DNA from: Camelus dromedarius
Lineage: Eukaryota
Direction of reading: 5' to 3'
Assembly: GCF_036321535.1 (NCBI RefSeq)
Contig: NC_087438.1
Location: forward strand, 11,472,001-11,536,000
DNA length: 64,000 nt
Shown piece by piece: positions 50,242-63,190 of the stretch. The position numbers and the translations under genes were made by a program. The first letter of the stretch is position 1; the number at the start of each line of letters is the position of its first letter. Below the pieces are notes generated by a model. The model did not search any database. It saw nothing but the letters and a program-made list of their open reading frames with translations, and was not told the origin of the DNA.

Positions 50242-52000
50242 ATCATTTGCATGCTTGTGCAAAGTCTGAGAATAGTATAAGGTATTCAATAAACACCGAC
50301 CATGCCAGGAATTAGCCAGTCTACATGCTGGCAATCTACCAAAGCCAGCTGAGAGTGCTCTGCCTCTAGAAGGCCCCTGATGACACTGGGACTTACTATA
50401 TTCTGTCTGCGTGTACCACTGGATGCCAGTAGTTTGACTGTGTTAACTAAGATTCACACTTGGTTAGCCCAAATTTGTGGTGACTTTAATTCCAAATGTA
50501 GAGATTCAGTGTAGGAGAGACAGACTGAGACAAGGTCAAGAACATGACACTTGGTGCATTTTCTATAAATCTCTGTCCTCCGTCTGACTGGAATCCCTTA
50601 TCTGCTTTTCCCTATGAGATCCAGCCTTTGCTGTTATACATCTTGATAAGCTCTCTCCTCTATTCAGACATAAAACCCTTTTAGCTCAGAATTATCTTTT
50701 ATTTATCATAGGTATAGTTAAGTATGCCTAAATAAGTCAAACAATAGGATTTAGGGCCTTCTTTGACATTATTTGCCAAAATTCAATTTCATTACTGTCC
50801 TAGCCATTTGCTATGTTTTACCTACTAGTTTATGATTTTCTTATATTTAGTACCAATTTTCAATAGTGGACCACTGAGATTGATAGTCTTTCCTATTAAT
50901 TTGCAAGAGAGTACCACTGATGTCAATACATATTACCTGATTATGGGGTAAAGTCATCAAGTTGCCAGTAAGGGTTTAGATGCACCATATTTGATGGAGG
51001 ATAAAATATTGCCACTGAGTCAGACAGACATGGGTTCAGAACTTCACTCTGCCATTTTCTAAGAGTGCAACTCTGGACATGTCCTCCTTTGCACAGTGTG
51101 GATGACAATGCCCATCTCTTGGAGTGACTGTGGAGAAAAAAAAACAAGATATCTATTAAAAACTTATCATACACACATTTCATGTTCAATACGTGGTAGC
51201 TTTAGAAATTTTTATAAATTTCAGAGTCAATAAAATAATTTTAAAAATCACAAAACTCCATACCTTGGAGTAAATGCATTAAAAAGCATCATGGGGCACT
51301 TTTTATTCTAGGATCTAAGATATTAAATTGGACAGGTTCCAGACAGCAAGGGATGCTTGTGGTAGGTGTATTTCTAATTTTCTGGCAATGACATCACAAA
51401 GCACAACCATGTTCTCTCATACAATGCAAGGGTGTCTGTGGCCAAGAGTGAGCAGAGGCCACCATGGATTGTTCACTTGAGTACTCTGATGCAACAGGGA
51501 GCCAAGATGGCGGCTTTATATCCACTCCCTCGACTTGAATTGCATGCTCCATCTTCCTATGAACACACCCCAGAGAGATGAGTAGAGTGGATGCCATCTC
51601 TATAGTGTCCAGGAGGCCAAGAATTCAGAGGTATGACTGTTACTAACAGGTAGTAAAATTTCAGATGAAAGCTAAAAGTCTTAGTCACATGTCATCTGTC
51701 AGCTCCCTGGGGCTACTGCCTCATGGTTCCTGCAAATACAGGGTTGAGTCACAACAGAGTGTGGAAAAGAGAAGGGGTCTAGAATGAGGCCTATTGATCT
51801 TGAGGTGTGTACCTTCTATGATCCTACTCTCTACCCCTATCTTTTCTGTGTGGGATCATGATAGCAATTAAGGATATAAAGTAGAGGAGGATCTCTGCAC
51901 TATATAAGTCACTGTGCCTCACTGTCATGCCTGTCTTCCCAAAGCCCCTTCTGACTGGCTCATCCAGGAATGTTTACATCCTCCTTCACCTCTTCCTCCC

Positions 52001-52465
52001 TGTGGTAGCTTTGTGATGTGTCAACTTGTCTAGGCTGAAATACAGTCTCTGGAATTCCCTTTTTAGAGTGTTTGTGGCTCTGATGAGTTTGAGGAATATC
52101 TCTCATAAGAGTTGGAAGATAGAAGAAAGGTGACAGTCATTTTATAGCATACACACATCATCCCCCAACTGTATGCTATGGTGTTTAACCAAACACTGTT
52201 CTAGATGCTGCTATGAAGGGATTTTCTACATGTAATTATATCCTCAATCAGTTGACCTCAAGTTAATCAAAAGGGAGATGTTCCTGGGTGGGTCTGACTT
52301 AATCAGTTGGAAGTCTTTCCTGAGCCCAGGGGCTCCAAACAGCAGCAGAGTCTGCAACTTTCCCCCTTCACCTGGATCTTATCTCCTAACTGCCTGTCTG
52401 TGAACAATAAGCTTCAGCTCATGCCCGTAGGGCTCCTTCCTGCTTGTGATCTTCCCTCCTTGACA
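52001..52465 (+). mobile_element. Old MLT2 (ERVL) LTR
   Basis: TGTGGTAGCTTTGTGATGTGTCAACTTG.CTAGGCT; CTAGATGCTGCTATGAAGGGATTTT; AATCAGTTGAC; GGGTGGGTCTGACTTAATCAGTTG. Confidence 0.65.
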
Positions 52466-52469
52466 GTTC

Positions 52470-53295
52470 TACAGTAATAGTTGGAAACTTCAACATCCCA
52501 CTTGCAATAATAAATAGAACAATCAAAAGTAAGGAAATAGAGGGCTTGAACAATACAATAAAACAACTAGATCTAACAGAAGTATACAGAACACTCTACA
52601 ACAGAGTACACTTTTTTCCTCAAGTGTACATGGGACATTTTCCAAGAAATTGGAACTTTTTGATAGGAATGTAATATGCTAGAGCCACTGTGGAAAACAG
52701 TATGGCCATTCCCCAAAAAATTAAAATAGAATTACCAAGTGATCCAATAATTCCACTTCTGGGCATATATTCAAGGAATTGAAAGCAAGATCTCAAAGAG
52801 ATGTTTGTACACCCATGTTCATAGCAGCATTATTCACAATAGCTAAAACATGGAAGTAACCCATGAGATCATCAATGAATGAATGGATAAGTAAGTAAAA
52901 TGTGGTATATACATACAATACAATATTATTTCCAACATAAAGCAGACTATTATTCTGACATATGCTACAACATAGATGAACCTTGAAGATATTATGCTAA
53001 TTGAAATAGGTCAGTTACTAAGAGACAAGTACTATATGATTCCATGAATATGAGATAATTAGAGTAGCCAAATTCGTGAGAAGAAAGTAGAATAGTAGTT
53101 GCCAGGGTCTGGGGAGTTATTTTATAAATGGGTATAGAGTTTTATTTTTCAAGATAAAAAAGAATTTTGAAGATGGATAATGCTAATGGTTTCACAATGT
53201 GAATGTATTTAATACCATTGAATTGTACACTTTAAAATGGTAAGATGATAAATTGTATGTTATGATACCATGATAATAAAATTGATCAAAAAAAC
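52470..53295 (+). mobile_element. Older L1 (L1MA/MB-type): ORF2 endonuclease fragment joined directly to the 3' end
   Basis: 52470-52645 reads like the EN region (ATAGTTGGAAACTTCAACATCCCAC...CAAGTGTACATGGGACATT). 52650-53295 is the ORF2 end and 3' UTR (CCACTGTGGAAAACAGTATGG...GAATTGTACACTTTAAAATGGT). Confidence 0.75.
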
Positions 53296-53360
53296 TTTAT
53301 GAACCAATAGTCAATTTCACTATCAAAAAGTGTCTTTCCTTCAAAATATAATCCTAACTT

Positions 53361-55045
53361 TGGATTGGAAGAATTAATATTGTTAAAATGGCTATACTAC
53401 CCAAAGCAATCTACAGATTTAATGTGATCCTCATCAAACTACCTACAACATTTTTCACAGAACTAGAACAAATAATCCTAACATTTATATGCAACCCAAA
53501 AGACCCAGAATTGTCAGAGTAATCCTTAGGAAAAAGAACAAAGCTGGAGGCATAACACTCCCAGACTTCAGACAATACTACAAAGCTATAGTAATCAAAA
53601 TAGCATGGTATTGGCACAAAAACAGACATATGAATCAATAAAGCAGAATACAGAGCCCAGAAATAAACCCACACACTTATAGACAATTAATCGTCAACAA
53701 AGAAGGCAAGAATATACAATGGAGAAAAGACAGACTCTTCAGCAAGTGGTGCTGGGAAAGCTGGACATGTAAATCAATGAAGTTAGAACAGTGCCTCACA
53801 CCATACACAAAAATAAACTCAAAATGGCTTAAAGACTTAAACATAAGACAAGACACTATGAATCTCCTAGAAGAAAAACAAGCAGAACTTTCTCTGACAT
53901 AAATCTTAGCATTGTTCTCCTAGGGCAGTCTACTAAAGCAATAGAAATAAAAGCAAAAATAAACAAGCAGGACTTGATCAAACTTACAGTTTTTGCACAG
54001 CAAAAGAAACCATAAACAAAATGAAGAGATAACCTACAAACTGGGAGAATGTATTTGCAGACAGTGAGACCTACAAGACTTTAATTTCTGAAATATACAA
54101 ACAAACAAACAAACAACTTAATTAAAAAATGGGCAGAAAATCTAAATAAACATTTCTCCAAAGAAGACATACAGCTAGCCAACAGGCACATGAAAAGATG
54201 CTCAATGTTGCTAATTATTAGAGAAATGCAAATCAAAACTACAATGAAGTATACCTCACACAAGTTAGAATGGCCATCATCAAAAAGTCTACAAATGATA
54301 AATACTGGAGCAGGTGTGGAGAAAAGGAACCTTCCTACACTGTTGCCGGGAATGTAAACTGGTGTAGCTACTATGGAAAACAGTATGGAGGTTCCTTAAA
54401 AAACTAAAAATAGACTTACCATATGATTCAGCAATCCCACTCTTGGGCATATATTTGAAAAAGACAAAAACTCTAATTCAAAAAGATACATGCACCCCAA
54501 TGTTCATAGTAGCACAGTTTACAATAGCCCAGACATAGAAACAACCTAAATATCCATCGACAGATGAATGGATTAAAGAAGTTGTGATATATATTACTCA
54601 GCCATAAAAAAGAATGAAATAATGCCATTTGCAGCAATATAGATGGACTTTGAGATTTATTATACTGAGTGAAGTAAGTCAGACAGAGAAAGAAATATAT
54701 CATATGATAATCACTTACATGTGGAATCTAAAAAACATGATACAAATGTTTTTACAAACCAGAAACAGGCTATATGAATACATAGAAAACAAACTTACAG
54801 TTACCAAAGGAGAAAGGAGGGGAGAGATAAATTAAAAGTTTGGAATTAACAGATACAAAATACTATATATAAAATAGATTAACAACAAAGTCCTACTGTA
54901 TAGGACAGGAAGCTATATTCAATATCTTGTAATAAACTATAGTGGAAAAGAATCTGAAAACAAATATATATATGTATATATAACTGAATCACTTTTCTGT
55001 ACACCAGAAATTAACACAACATTGTAAATCAACTATACTACAATT

Positions 55046-55046
<1 letters not shown>
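53361..55046 (+). mobile_element. 5'-truncated L1 (~1.7 kb), ORF2 C-terminal part plus 3' UTR, non-functional
   Basis: Starts with [21 protein letters not shown] (L1 ORF2). The frame is broken, with no long ORF in the track. The 3' UTR is of the same type as 43215-43480. Near-TSD ATATAATCCTAACT and ATATATTCCTATCT. Confidence 0.92.

Positions 55047-55124
<78 letters not shown>
55047..55124. repeat. (TA)n(TG)n(TA)n compound microsatellite at the L1 tail position
   Basis: Direct reading. Confidence 0.95.
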
Positions 55125-56074
55125 TCCTATCTCTTTTATTTTCTGGACCAAGGTACCTAGTAGCTGAAATCATGAGGACATATCTACCACATTACAATAT
55201 AATTTGCTTCATCAGAAACTTTTCTACAAAGTCATCATGGGAAACATGAGCTTCTAGAACTGAATGTATCAGTTTATCCCTTCAGAGTGTTTAATAGTTA
55301 AAAGTTTTCTGAGTCATTCATCTATGCCTTTACATGACTGATTTCTAAACCACTACAGAGACCTACTTATATTCTCCCCACCAAGCATCCTTCTGACTTG
55401 TGTATAATAAGATATTAAAAGATGTCAGTGAACATACTAATTTTTTAAAATCTCAAATACATAAACAGGCTTTAAAAGACCATATGCTCGTCTTCTTTAG
55501 TTTCTAAACCACGATGTATGCACTGGGCATGATTTACTCCAAAGCTTGTGCTAAATGAAATCCAAGGTGGTTCCACAAGTGATGAATTTATGATGGAAAA
55601 ACAATTTCACTCATTTGTTTTCTTATCCTAGGTTTTTTCTCCCCAAAAATATATGGGGGTGGGGTGAGTATAAAAAAGAAAAGAAACAGGAGGCATACTT
55701 GCAAAGTTTACAAAGCAAAAAAGAAATATTATGGTTCTATGAATGAAGAATGTTTTTAACAGTGTTTCAGATTTGGCAGGACATCTGGTGTGGCTGCTAC
55801 AGAGGGCTTTAGAAGCAAATAGATAAATTCTGCTATCAGTTCCCTCACTCTGCTACCATATGGAAATCTTTTTCTTTTTTCCTTTATTCTATCCATTATT
55901 GATTGAGAGAGACCAAATCAAATTAAAAATTGCTCTATGAACTGTTTCCTACCCAATGTTTTGGATTGCCTGACATTGTCGCCTGTTTTTCGTACATAGA
56001 CTCAGTTCCTGACTTCAGCTTCCTTAAATAGGTTTCCATGCATTGGCTTAAATATTCTATAGAAATCAGAGTTT

Positions 56075-57330
56075 TAAAGAAAAGTAAGGATCTGGAAGAC
56101 TCAACATTGTTAAGATGTCAATTCACTCCAAATTGATCTATGCAAACCACATGAAAATCCCAGCAGGTAGTTTTGAAGATAATGAAAATTCTGATTCTAA
56201 AACTTCCATGTAAAAGAAAAGGAGCTAGAGTAGGCAAAGCAAATTTGAAAATGAACAAAGTGGGAGCCCTCACACTATACAATTTCAAGACTTAAATATT
56301 AAGCCACACTAATCAAAACAGCATGGTATTGGTAAAAGCAAGGACCACTGCTGGAGTCTAGAATCAATGACATCCCAGTAATAACGAACTCTCCTAGAGC
56401 CCAGATCTTTGCTTCTAAATGCCATTTTTCAGTAATGAAAACCAGAACTCCTTGTAGAAGTAGTTGATTTCAAGGGTGAGGTGGGGAAAATATAAGATGA
56501 ACTTGGAGCATCTTGTTATCCAGAAGTAAGGATGTGCTCAAAAAAGGACTGGAGCATGCCAAAAGGTTACAGGAGCCAATCTAAAAGAGCTCCTAATGTC
56601 TAAAGCTGGAACAAGTTGAGCAACAAAACAAATTATAATAGATCAGATTATAACAAACAGAATACAATAAGTATCCATGAGTCTGTAATAATATAAATAA
56701 ATAATTGAATAAATAAATAAGTGAGAGAGGACAGCTCTTCCAATTAATACAGAAGAGGTGACGAGAATAGGAATGCACCACAGTTAAAACTGTAGTAGGC
56801 AAGATCTACCAGTGACTGCTAGTTAGTGGACAAAACTTTGCGGAGAAACGCAGTATTTGCCTAGTCTCAAATTATCTCCCCCAAGATCTTTATTAGTTAG
56901 AAAAGGAGAAATAGGAAGACCTGGCAGATAACACCTGAGTCAAGGGATCAAGGTCGTCATCACCAGTAAGAGGACACACTGACATCATGCATCTTTGATG
57001 CGACGCATTTAGAAGGGCTTATCTCCTCTGTCGTGCGCCTGCGCAAAATTCACAAATTTAATCTATTTATGAAAAAAACATTAGAGCAATCCAAATTGTT
57101 GGACATTCTGCAAGACACCTGTCTAATATGCTTCACAAATGTCAAGGTCCTGGAAGACAGAGAGGAGCTCTCACAGATTCAGACAACATGGATACATGAG
57201 AAGCAAATGCAGTGTGGAATCCTGGATTGAGTTTGGGCCAGAAAGGACCACTACGGGAGACTGATGAAACCCAATTAAGTCTGTAGTTTTTTTTTTTTTA
57301 AAGAAAGATTCCAGGTGCTGGCTTTTTAAT
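56075..57330 (+). mobile_element. Ancient L1 (L1MC/MD-like) ORF2 fragment and 3' UTR
   Basis: GGAAGACTCAACATTGTTAAGATGTCAATT (ORF2); CCCAGATCTTTGCTTCTAAATGCCATT; AAATGCAGTGTGGAATCCTGGATTG. Confidence 0.7.
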
Positions 57331-60300
57331 AAAATTCCCCTAGTCACCATAACGCAATCTTCAAAAATAGCCCCCATGGTAGTTTACCATGATTATTCAC
57401 TACATTTAAGAATAAAGAATAAATAAGGATGTGTCAATGGATGCTAGTAAATTAATGCTTCAGAAAGTGCTGCTGATACACACTCAGCCCAGAGAGACAG
57501 CATCATGTACCCAACACACGTCCTCACTTCATAATCTGTTGATCTCCTCTGTCTGTTCTCACTGGTCTCTGCATCTGTTGTACTCTCTCTCCTTTTCCCA
57601 TCTGTCTCTCTTTTTCCCTCTTCCTCCACCCTTCACCCAGCCTTCTGGATTATGTTAATACACAGTATAGAACTGAAGTATGTTTTTAAGTAACTGATAT
57701 TATCGAGTTTTATAGCTTCTCCACTTAAGCTTGTAAAAAGTTTCTCTCTTTGAAAAAAAAAAAAAAAGCTAAAGCTGTATTAAGGTGATTGTTCCTCCAG
57801 GTACCACTCACAGTGATATAGCATGTGTGAGCTTATTGGCTCCTGAAAGAAAATGTTCTCCTATCTCTGGCAAAAAGCTTAGAAGTCCATTCCGAATGCT
57901 GCTGTGAGATGCTTTTTTTTTTTTTATGAGATACTTTGAAATAGACAAAAAAAGCACACAAAGATTTTATTCTTTAACATTATAAATCAAACCAGTTTCA
58001 CCTTCTTATCCCTAATCGTGCTGCAAATGAACACAGCATATAAAAGACCAGCTAAAATATCATAAGTAATTTCAAAATGGGATGGTTATTCTTTTTCTAG
58101 AAAAGCCTAATTTTTACTTGCAAAAGAGAGTTAATCAAATTCTATTACATTTGCTTTTCTATCATCACTACGTTTTTTAGAAAAACAAATTACACTGAGT
58201 GTTGAGATGGTACAATGAGGTAGATGAGAGGCACTCTGTGTTAGCTATCCCATCATTTATACCAAAATTAATTTCAAGTGAAGCTCAGGCACTTTCAGAA
58301 TCTGGCTGTCATCCTAAATGCCTTCACCGGGGGATGCAAAAATGTTGCTCCTTTTTTTTTTTTTTTTTTCAATTTGCTGCTGATTTCCTAAGTTGAATTA
58401 CCTCCAATTTAGTTCTGAAAGAGTTTGATCAAAAAAGATCCCAAAGATCAAGGAGGATATGAATGTATGTTCTGCAAGTGAAATCAAATATAGTATTCCT
58501 CAAATATATTAGTACTAGGTTTGCTAAATCCATTCTTTCTTCACTCTCCAATCCTGCCTACATCTGGCCCTGGACTGCATTAAATGCCAAATACAGGAAA
58601 AGAGAATGAACTCCAGGTGTGTGTGTATAAGAATGGGTGTGCTGGATGTTTGGGTTGGGGGAGTAGGGCGTGGACTGCAGGGGTATATTTCTATATTTAG
58701 AATAGCCTGCTGATTGAAATTTCCCAGCTATGTGCACAGCTCCCAACCATATTTTCACTGTGAGAGAACGAAAATAACTAGACATTTGGGGAAACCTGAA
58801 CATGAAAGAGAAGGGTCAAGATGCAAAATTCTGACCCATAGATGATTCAAGTAACTAAAGGACACATTTTAAATCTTTCCATTAGTCCCTTGGAGAAATA
58901 CAAAAAGATTTTTGCATTCATAAAACAAGAATAGAGAAGCTTCAACAAATTAAAATCATGATGGCTCCAATTTTTAAATATTCAATAAGAGGGTTGGGAA
59001 GCACATTTAAGGGAATCTATTATCCACTGCAAGAACAAAAAGATATAGAGACCATGATTAAGGGAGATACAATGAGGGACATAGAGATTAAATCCGAAGT
59101 CTCTAGCAAACACTAATCGTTGCCTTCTCAGCATCCATTCTCCATTTCTTTCTCATTAATACTTAGTTTAAAGGGGACCTCGATGGCTTCTCCCTTTCTG
59201 TTCGCTCTTCTGTCCATTTTCCTACTGGACCACCGGAAGGACACCTGCAGAGGGAGTGGCCACCTTGGGATGCTGAAGGTGAATGCTAAAGATGATGACT
59301 CAGTAAAAGAGAATAAAACAAATAACCCTGCATCTTTATGGCATGTGGAGTTAGCACACCACACCTAGACTTCTTACTCTGGATTTCTTATTATATCAAA
59401 ATTCAAAGCTGTATTTTGTTGAATGAAACATTTTGGCAGTTTTCTGTTTATCTGGAAACAAAAATGATGTTATGTAATAGAATTCAATGGCATTAAGATA
59501 GTCTTATGCATTTATTCATTAATAACATACCATTATTCATGTGTAACATTCAGATAATATCTGAAATAATGCTGTCTGATACAAAATCCAACAAATGACT
59601 CAGAAAAAGAAATGAGTGAAGAGGATAGGAGAGGGGAAGGAAGGGAGATGGGGAGGGAGAAGAAAACAGAGGTGAGAGAGTTTTAAAGAAAATATTTTTT
59701 TTAATTCCAAAAGATGAAGGGATACAAGTGTCTTATATTTGGGAAGGTCTCCCAGGTGCTGGAAAAATTAATAACAAATGTCCACATTTTGTACAACAAG
59801 GATAAAAGGATTATCTCAAAAGTTCCTTGAAAGAAAAAATAATATACACAGATACAAAAATAAAATGGAGGGAAAAATAAAATGAAGTATCTCAGAAACA
59901 AATCTTGTCCCTGTGATACAGCCAGACTTTCTCAGGCTGATGTCCAGCACTGGCAAAAGCTGAGATATCTCCTCTGAGCCATCTATGACCACGGATTATA
60001 CCTTCCTTGTCAAAAGAGAATTATCAATTTGATTAAAGCCAACTCCCTCCGCCACCTTGTGGAACTTCAACCTGCGTGGGACACAGCAAGTAAAAATTAC
60101 CAATTTACTAAACTTAAGGAACTGTGTTATTTATATTAATGAAAAGCTTATGAATATTTTTTTCAAAATGTGGACAGTACTGGTTTGGTTTAGGAGGAAT
60201 GATCAGCCATGCTGTTGGTCTTTGTTTCCAAGTCTTAGACCCCTATGACAAACCTGTAGCTGGAACTTGAAAATGAAGTGACTTTCTGATACCTGTTCCC

Positions 60301-61639
60301 AAGAATGAGAGCGAGCAAGAGATGGGTACTCTTGGGAGTGTCATCTTTCCAGTCGTACTATGAGAAAAGTTGGCTTCTTAAGAAATTTCAGTTTCCTTAG
60401 GGAAGACATAGCTTCTTAAACCGTGAATGGATTCAGAAGGCAAAATCCACTGAGGATACAGAGGGGAGAAAAGTGCCCTGAGTCTTCAGTACAAAAGAAA
60501 AAGGGAGAGAGACAAAGGTGCAGGAAGAGATGGTACTAGATTACCTACCGATGATGAGGAACCCAGAAGTGAACAATGAAGCTCAGACTCATCTCCTGAT
60601 TTCTTATGGCTCAGAACCAACTGCATGAAATGGACTAAAACCATCATCAAGTAAAGGAGGACAGTGAGGGAAGGAGGACTTCCAAGTGGAAACTCCGAAA
60701 GGAGACTTACGGGGTTTGTATAATGACCCTGGATGTTTATACAGTGCCCTACATTGTGCAAATATACAACCTGTTCTTGAGATCTTGTGCATCCTCATCC
60801 AGCACCAAGTCCTAGGAATGTGGCAAGGGATTCAATTTCTCAGAAACTCCATCTGTGAAATGGGGTACTGTTGGTACCACCAGACATTTTCATAAGGATA
60901 TCATGAAGGTAAAATTAAGAAATTTGCAAAAAATACTTAGCACACACACTCGGTTGGTGAATGCTAGTTGTTTTTTGTGTATTTACAAATGTTTATATTC
61001 TTATCATACATTTTTCTTCAGAATACCCCAGTAGTATCATTACTTCCTTAATTTAGGTCACTACACTGATGATCAAAAAGGTTAACTTGACCTAAGACAC
61101 ACAACTTCCAAAGAGAACTCAATGTGGATCTCCTGATTGTGAGTTCAGTGTTTATTTGTCTTTTACTCTATTACCCCATGGCTATTTTCTGAATATAAAG
61201 AGTATGATTTTAAAGTTTTTTAAAATAATTGGATATAAACAGTTGTCAGCTTTATCCAGCTGACAGTTTAAAAGGTTATTTTAATTATGCATATATTATT
61301 TTGTGTAATAAATAAAGGAGTAAAGTAGCATGGACATTGGATGAATGTTCATTTTTATCTTTAATCAGTGTATCAGCCGCTCCTCCCCCAAATTATTAGA
61401 GGATTTTTGTTTGTTTGTTTGTTTTGGTCTTAATGTTTCTTATTTAGATTTTATGTAGGGACATCTTAATACTATATACATACAACACATTATATGTTCA
61501 TATATGTATATACATTTATAAGTATATTATATATAAATAAAATTATATTATTTGCTCGTAATTTTTTCTTTCCTCCCTTACCTTACTATAGTTCCCCTTT
61601 ATGAGAGGTTACTAACTCTGATTGGTCTTGTAATTAGCT

Positions 61640-61975
61640 TTAGTTTAACGAACTCCTACAAGATGTGATGTGAGCAGACAATATAAGTAAGTTTCCACGG
61701 TTTAGCCTACCTTCCCTACTTCTGTTATTATCAAGAGAAGAGTAGGCACTGGGTATTCACTGAGCCCAGAATGAGGTGTGTGGTATAGATCTGAATGTAC
61801 CCACTGCCTAGAGCCAGGTCAAGTGAAACTGACTTAGCCCAGAAAGTTTCCAGCCCAGTCATTCATCTACATATTCATAATCAAGAAAAAACAAATGTTT
61901 GTTGTTGTAATCCACTGGGATTTTGTAGTTCTTTGTTAAGCGGTATTATTACTGTAATATCTGACTAATACAACA
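61640..61975 (+). mobile_element. Old MLT1 (J/K-like) LTR fragment
   Basis: AAATGTTTGTTGTTGTAATCCACTGGGATTTTGTAGTTCTTTGTTAAGC...CTGACTAATACA, a typical MLT1 3' end. Confidence 0.55.
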
Positions 61976-63071
61976 TGCCTGAAGAAAGACCTCAGTGATA
62001 ATAACCTTTGGGTTGCAGAATTAGGAATGATTTTTATTAATTTCTTTTTAGTCATTGAATGACTTTAACACTAGCGTGTTTTACTTTGCTTTGATTTTTT
62101 GAAACATTTCTTTAGCTAAAGAAATTACTTTCACATTTATGTTACATATTTGTATTTATAAACACACTTGTCTTAAAATGGTTTTGATTAGGAACTTTTG
62201 ATATTATATATTATTCAATATTTATTCGAACTTAATTTTAAAATTCAACTTGTTCCATACCTTAAAATGTCAGAAGTAAAATCATCTCCTGGCTCAGAGT
62301 GACTTAGATTATTTTTTTTAAAGCAAATTGTGGAATCAGTGAATTGTAGTCTACCTTCTTAGGGATACGTGAATTTCTTCAAAATGTCATGAGGCTGGCA
62401 TAATTAGTTGCTCATGGAGAGCCAATTCTTAGAGTCATAGCCTTACAGAAAAGACAGTCTTAGTCTATTTCAATTTATCTAGAATCCAGAATGAACTCTA
62501 ATTTATACAACAATTGGAACATCCCACATGGATACATCTGTTGAGCTGTGATAAATCACAGCGACCTTTGAGAACACTGGTGAAGCATTTGATGAAGAGG
62601 CTAAGGGGAGATAGTTCATCAAACAAGATAGTGTTAAGGAAATGTCCAGAATCCAAATTTATTCTTCACGGTGCCTCTAAGTTACCGTCCCAAAGTCCCT
62701 TGAGCAAGAAAGACAGAGGCCGATCACTTTGGCACAGGGGAAAATCCAGCGTTAGTGTCCACTCTGCCATTCAGCCTTTTTCTTTAGCCTCCTCTCTCCT
62801 GGGTGGCTTGGACCTAAGAGGGACATTTAGGCTGGCCCTAAAAAGTAGACTTATAAACACATAAAATTCACCTTTCTAGTACTACAATAATGTTTTCACA
62901 TTGACCTCTCCTAAAAGAATTTAAGAACCACTATGTGGTAATTGTCTCAGGTAAAAAGGAGAAAAAAGACCATGAATCTTTTGAATAGTTTAAGTGTTAA
63001 TGACAATTCCAATTTTTTTCTTATTATCATACCTTTTTAGTGCCTTCTTTTAGCACAAATAACATTGGTTT

Positions 63072-63190
63072 GAGGAGGGTATAGCTTGGTGGTAGAGTGC
63101 ATGCCTCGCATGCTCAGGGTCCTGGGTTCAATCCCCAGCACCTCCGCCAGAAAAATAAATACAGAAACTACCCTCCAAATTTTATTTTTG
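63072..63190 (+). mobile_element. tRNA-derived SINE of camelid type with perfect 15-bp TSD
   Basis: A box-like TAGCTTGGTGG, B box GGTTCAATCCC, A-rich 3' part; TSD AAATAACATTGGTTT at 63057-63071 and 63191-63205. Confidence 0.88.

Noticed and set aside
53361..55046. Active L1 or domesticated ORF2
   Set aside because: 5'-truncated with frameshifts and stops; no long + strand ORF in the track.
63072..63145. tRNA gene
   Set aside because: It has A/B boxes but an imperfect cloverleaf, an A-rich tail and a 15-bp TSD, which indicate a SINE.
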